Below, one piece after another: positions 36,340 to 39,702 of a stretch of 39,702 bases of DNA. The notes beneath the pieces were generated by a model, which saw only the letters and a list, made by a program, of their open reading frames with translations, was not told where the DNA came from and made no database searches. The position numbers were made by a program, and so were the translations under genes. Source of the stretch: a virus. Lineage: Duplodnaviria > Caudoviricetes. The DNA lies in the IMG/VR virus record IMGVR_UViG_3300034523_000228, positions 1 to 39,702 of that record, one strand, 5' to 3'. Each line of letters starts with the position of its first letter. The first letter of the stretch is position 1.

Positions 36340-36852
36340 ATGGAGTGGGTATTTGCCTCGGTTGTTCTAGTTCTGCTCGTAAAAAGTCGTGGATTCCGCA
36401 GGATTTTCTTTGCGTTTGGTGTGGTTGCGCTCGTAATTGGGGTGGTCGTGGGAGCATGCCTTTGGGGGTACTCAGAGTACGATAAGTATATTCGAGACAG
36501 GAACCAGAGACTTGTGTTTGTTGAAGAGGTCAGGCCGGAGGATTGGGGAATGGCATCTCCAAATAATTATGGTGGATATCGGATCGAAGGAAGGATTTTA
36601 AATAAATCAAAAAAATATAAGGTGGTGGGATTGGATGTTTCTTTCAGGTTGTATGACTGTGTGTTGCTAGTTGATGGAAAAGAAGAAAGGTGCACTATCG
36701 TTGCGGAGGCTGATAAGTATTTGGGGTTGGATATTCCATCGGGGCAGGCTCGTGATTTTTCGGATGTAGATGTTGACTTTTATCCTGCGCCTAAATTTAA
36801 AGGGAGGTGGCGATGGGATTACAAAATCGAGTCCGTGACTTCCGGAATTTAA
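36340..36852 (+). CDS. AT-rich membrane-anchored protein with FxLYD-like domain
   Basis: N-terminal TM segments; IEGRILN..FRLYDC..IPSGQARDF; clearly low GC. Confidence 0.7.
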   Translation: MEWVFASVVLVLLVKSRGFRRIFFAFGVVALVIGVVVGACLWGYSEYDKYIRDRNQRLVFVEEVRPEDWGMASPNNYGGYRIEGRILNKSKKYKVVGLDVSFRLYDCVLLVDGKEERCTIVAEADKYLGLDIPSGQARDFSDVDVDFYPAPKFKGRWRWDYKIESVTSGI

Positions 36853-37095
36853 TGTTTCGCTAAGTGCAAGTGCTTAGATATTTCTACTGCGAAAGATAGA
36901 GCCCGTCGTCCCTCGATAACGGGCTTCACCGTTACGCTAATCGATGCATTCCGCTAGGCCAGACCTCACCTCTACGGTATTTCCTCAGCAGCGTCGCCAT
37001 CCCGATCTCGAATCCAACTACGGAGCAGTGAAACTGCGCCGTGCATTGACCCCCTCATTTCCGGCCGAGAGGCCCCAACCCAAGAGGAAACACCT

Positions 37096-37374
37096 ATGTC
37101 CGGATCGCTTCCTGACGTGATTTTGAACGCCAATGAATGGACCAACCTGTACGCCAAAAGCGGGATCGCCGTTGGCAAAAAGCTGGTTCTGCTGAACAAA
37201 GGCAGCCTGGATCTTCTGATTTTCGAAGCGGCCGATGCGCCTGCTACGAATGCGCGTGATGGTGATCTGCGCAAGCCGGGAGAGCGCGCCACCGTTCACG
37301 AAGGGTCGCCAGGCGTATGGGTGCTTTCGCCGATCCAGGGGGCCAGGGTATTCGTGCAGGAGGCAGTGCAATGA
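37096..37374 (+). CDS. Small beta-rich protein coupled to the second SGNH gene
   Basis: GAGGA RBS; ATGA overlap with the next gene. Confidence 0.75.
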   Translation: MSGSLPDVILNANEWTNLYAKSGIAVGKKLVLLNKGSLDLLIFEAADAPATNARDGDLRKPGERATVHEGSPGVWVLSPIQGARVFVQEAVQ

Positions 37375-38681
37375 TCGAGTCCTTCATCGAGATTCCGGAT
37401 CAACTTGCCGATCTGCTGAAATCAGCCGGCAGCGCACCGCCGCCACGGCCATTGAACCGCAACATCGCGGTCTATGGCGACAGTCGCGCTTTCCAGTGCA
37501 CCAAGGGAAACGTGGGGTTGGCGTTCTGGGCTAGCGCTCTGTCCGGCGGGTTGGCGGCGTTCCCGACCGCGTTGAACGCCGGCGTCGATGGCGATACGAC
37601 TGCGCAGCAGGTAGCAAGAATGCCCTTGATCCTTGCCCAGGCAGCGAACTTCGACGTTCTGATCCACTTCGGGACCGGGAACGACCGGCTCCAGGGCATG
37701 AGCATCGCCCAGACAATTTCCAACCTGAATTTCATCTATGACACCCTGCTGGCGAGAGGGAAGACCATTATCACCATCGCCGAGACACCGGTGCATGGAC
37801 CTGGCATTGGGCTCGGGGCCTCAGTGATCGCCGACCACTACATGGTGCACCAGTGGTTGCTGAACGAGGCGCCGAAGAAAGGAATCTTGGTGGCCAACCC
37901 CTGGGACAAGATGGTGGATCCGGCGTCGGGTGCCTCCTATCTGCCTCTCCCTGGCATGGTGGGGGATGGTGTACACCCATCCCCGATGGGCGGCGAGGTG
38001 ATCGGCGCTGCAGTGGCGGAGGTCCTGGGTAAGATCTTCAGCAACCGGGTCACTCTGCCCACAGCGAACCTCCCGTTCAGTTCTTCGCCGGCGGCCACCG
38101 CCAACCTCAGCGGTAGCCTTATACCCAACCCGCTACTCACTGGCACCACTGGTACCGTCACAGCCGGGAGTGGCGGAACAATCACTTCCAGCGGTATTGC
38201 TGCGAACTGCGTGCTCTCTGGCACTAATCTGGCCGGCTTGACCGTCACCCCGTCGAAGTTGGCCAACTCGACTGCGGGTGATTTCCAGGTGCTGAAGGTG
38301 TCCGGTACTCCTACCGGCAACAATCCCACCCTGGTGCTGGAACAGTCGATCCCAGTTGCGTCTCTGTTCGCCAATGAGGTGATCAAGGCATTCGGCAAGT
38401 GGGAACTGACCAGCGCGAGCAACAGCGTGCTGCAGGTGGCGCTGCAACTGCAGGCGGTGAATGGCGCGGGCACCACCACCCTTTACCAGTCCGGGCAGAA
38501 TCAGGAGTTGGCTCACCCGATCGCCGCGGGACAGAAGTCGGGGATATTTGAAACGCAGGCGCTGACCATTACCGAGCCACTGACCAGCCTCAAGGTTCGC
38601 CTGGTTGCCTCGTTCGTGAAAGGAGCAGCCCAGGACGTCACCATCAAGCTGGCCCAGGTCGACGCACGTCAGGCTGCATAA
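37371..38681 (+). CDS. Stand-alone SGNH hydrolase, paralogue of the tail fibre C-terminal ~400 aa
   Basis: AGGAGG RBS; GDSRAFQCTKGNVG, HFGTGNDRLQGMS, DGVHP. Confidence 0.88.
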   Translation: MIESFIEIPDQLADLLKSAGSAPPPRPLNRNIAVYGDSRAFQCTKGNVGLAFWASALSGGLAAFPTALNAGVDGDTTAQQVARMPLILAQAANFDVLIHFGTGNDRLQGMSIAQTISNLNFIYDTLLARGKTIITIAETPVHGPGIGLGASVIADHYMVHQWLLNEAPKKGILVANPWDKMVDPASGASYLPLPGMVGDGVHPSPMGGEVIGAAVAEVLGKIFSNRVTLPTANLPFSSSPAATANLSGSLIPNPLLTGTTGTVTAGSGGTITSSGIAANCVLSGTNLAGLTVTPSKLANSTAGDFQVLKVSGTPTGNNPTLVLEQSIPVASLFANEVIKAFGKWELTSASNSVLQVALQLQAVNGAGTTTLYQSGQNQELAHPIAAGQKSGIFETQALTITEPLTSLKVRLVASFVKGAAQDVTIKLAQVDARQAA

Positions 38682-38687
38682 GGCATG

Positions 38688-38706
38688 GCCGGGCGTTGCG
38701 CCCGGC
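38688..38706. terminator. Hairpin between convergent genes
   Basis: GCCGGGCG-TTG-CGCCCGGC. Confidence 0.6.
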
Positions 38707-38711
38707 TCTGT

Positions 38712-39425
38712 TCAGATCAGCGTCTTGATGAGGCTGCGAGCATCGAGCAGTTCTGCTTCGAGCTGCTCAATCCTCTCTTCTTGCGCTTGGACCGCGGCTT
38801 GGTCGTCAGTACTGCTCGCTCTGCATTGGGCCTCGGTTTGCTGGGCCTGGCGCCATCTGGCTATTCGCCTGTCAGTTGCATGGTCGTATTCGGTGGCGCT
38901 GACCTTGTGTTGCGGGATGTCCTGTATCCCTTCCCAAGCCGAGCGGTCCATGCGTAGTACGTCACGATGCATCGCATACCGCATCTGGTCCAGCATCAGC
39001 CAGTGCACGGCTTCGGGTAGTTGTTCCGGGCCTGCTTCTGCCGGGAAGCCAAGCATCTTCATTACCGCGTCGAAGGCGCCCGCTTTGGCCATGAGCGGGG
39101 CCTGGGCATCCTGAAGCGCTCGGCAGTTCTGCACTGACTTGTCGGCCAGGCTGCGAAGCTCCAAGCTTACCCTGGTGCGCTCGGCCAACTCCTTTCGGGC
39201 GCGCAGCAGCAAGCCAGCAAGAGTCTGGTAGATGTGTTCGACATCAGGTCTTTCGAAGCTCTCGCCACCGCAGGCTGGGCAGGCCGAAGTACTGGTCCGC
39301 TGCGATGAAGGGCCGAACCAGCCACATGAGCATTGGACCAGATGGGCGTCCTCCAGCGGTACTGGGTTGAGATTGGCGATGGGTTCTTGTGCGCCGACGG
39401 CGATACGGTTGGGGTCGAGAGACAT
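38712..39425 (-). CDS. Hypothetical Zn-ribbon and coiled-coil protein next to the att site
   Basis: CSC..W..CPACG; GGAG RBS. Confidence 0.7.
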   Translation of the reverse strand: MSLDPNRIAVGAQEPIANLNPVPLEDAHLVQCSCGWFGPSSQRTSTSACPACGGESFERPDVEHIYQTLAGLLLRARKELAERTRVSLELRSLADKSVQNCRALQDAQAPLMAKAGAFDAVMKMLGFPAEAGPEQLPEAVHWLMLDQMRYAMHRDVLRMDRSAWEGIQDIPQHKVSATEYDHATDRRIARWRQAQQTEAQCRASSTDDQAAVQAQEERIEQLEAELLDARSLIKTLI

Positions 39426-39609
39426 CGGTGGTCTCCAGTAGGTGCCTCGGTTCCGTCCGGAGGCATGGTAGTCAGCAGCCAGCAGGCTGAAAAATCGCTT
39501 CCACTATGGAGTTGGAAGGACGCATAGAATGCGGCCTCCAAACTTGGGGTTAAGCTTCAATAGTGGAAACCGTTTTTGATTAATACTTTGATAAGTAAGA
39601 CTTTTTTTT

Positions 39610-39657
39610 CGGATTGCAAATCCGTGAACGCCGGTTAGATTCCGACCTCAGCCTCCA
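39610..39657 (+). other. Attachment site core: 3' fragment of tRNA-Cys(GCA)
   Basis: CGGATTGCAAATCCG anticodon arm, T arm and acceptor 3' strand ending CCA; 5' half absent. Confidence 0.85.
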
Positions 39658-39662
39658 ACAGG

Positions 39663-39698
39663 AAAGCCCCGTAGCTCAGTGAGTTACGGGGCTTTTTT
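39663..39698 (+). terminator. Terminator after the tRNA fragment
   Basis: AAAGCCCCGTAGCTC-AGT-GAGTTACGGGGCTTT plus T-run. Confidence 0.85.
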
Positions 39699-39702
39699 CT
39701 TT

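Larger units (their letters stand above)
1..39657. mobile_element. Temperate prophage (lambdoid control region, podovirus-type virion module); left part missing from window
   Basis: Continuous phage gene order (early, immunity, replication, lysis, head, tail, ejection) ending in a tRNA 3' fragment. Confidence 0.95.

Noticed and set aside
27379-38681. Diversity-generating retroelement or shufflon behind the SGNH duplication
   Set aside because: No reverse transcriptase or invertase is visible, the copies are in direct orientation, and differences are widespread rather than adenine-specific
38712-39425. Integrase or excisionase beside the att site
   Set aside because: No tyrosine or serine recombinase motifs; the integrase is presumably at the other end
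39610-39657. Functional tRNA-Cys gene
   Set aside because: The 5' acceptor strand and D arm are missing; it is an att remnant

Overview
The window is the right-hand ~40 kb of a GC-rich temperate Pseudomonas (aeruginosa-like) prophage, ending at an attachment site made of the 3' part of a tRNA-Cys. The integrase end is outside the window. From left to right it holds: a leftward early operon (partial NUMOD3/HTH protein, Cas4/RecB-like exonuclease, small ORFs, a CsrA/RsmA homologue with an extra domain); two divergent DUF1654-like paralogues around a LexA box; a lambda-type switch (pL, cI, cro, cII, with readable operators); O/P-like replication genes with iterons; RusA; a Q-like gene and late promoter; an antisense HicAB pair; the lysis cassette; terminases, portal, scaffold and capsid; a short-tail podovirus-type module (no tape measure or sheath) with an SGNH-esterase tail fibre; five ejection-type proteins, the last ending in an inorganic-pyrophosphatase-like domain; two envelope morons; and a second, anchor-less SGNH paralogue in its own two-gene cassette. 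The best leads are the duplicated SGNH esterase module, the SOS-boxed DUF1654 pair, the pyrophosphatase-bearing ejection protein with an upstream DDxxD protein, and the CsrA gene followed by a structured region with start-stop minigenes. All family calls are from motif recognition by eye, not database searches.
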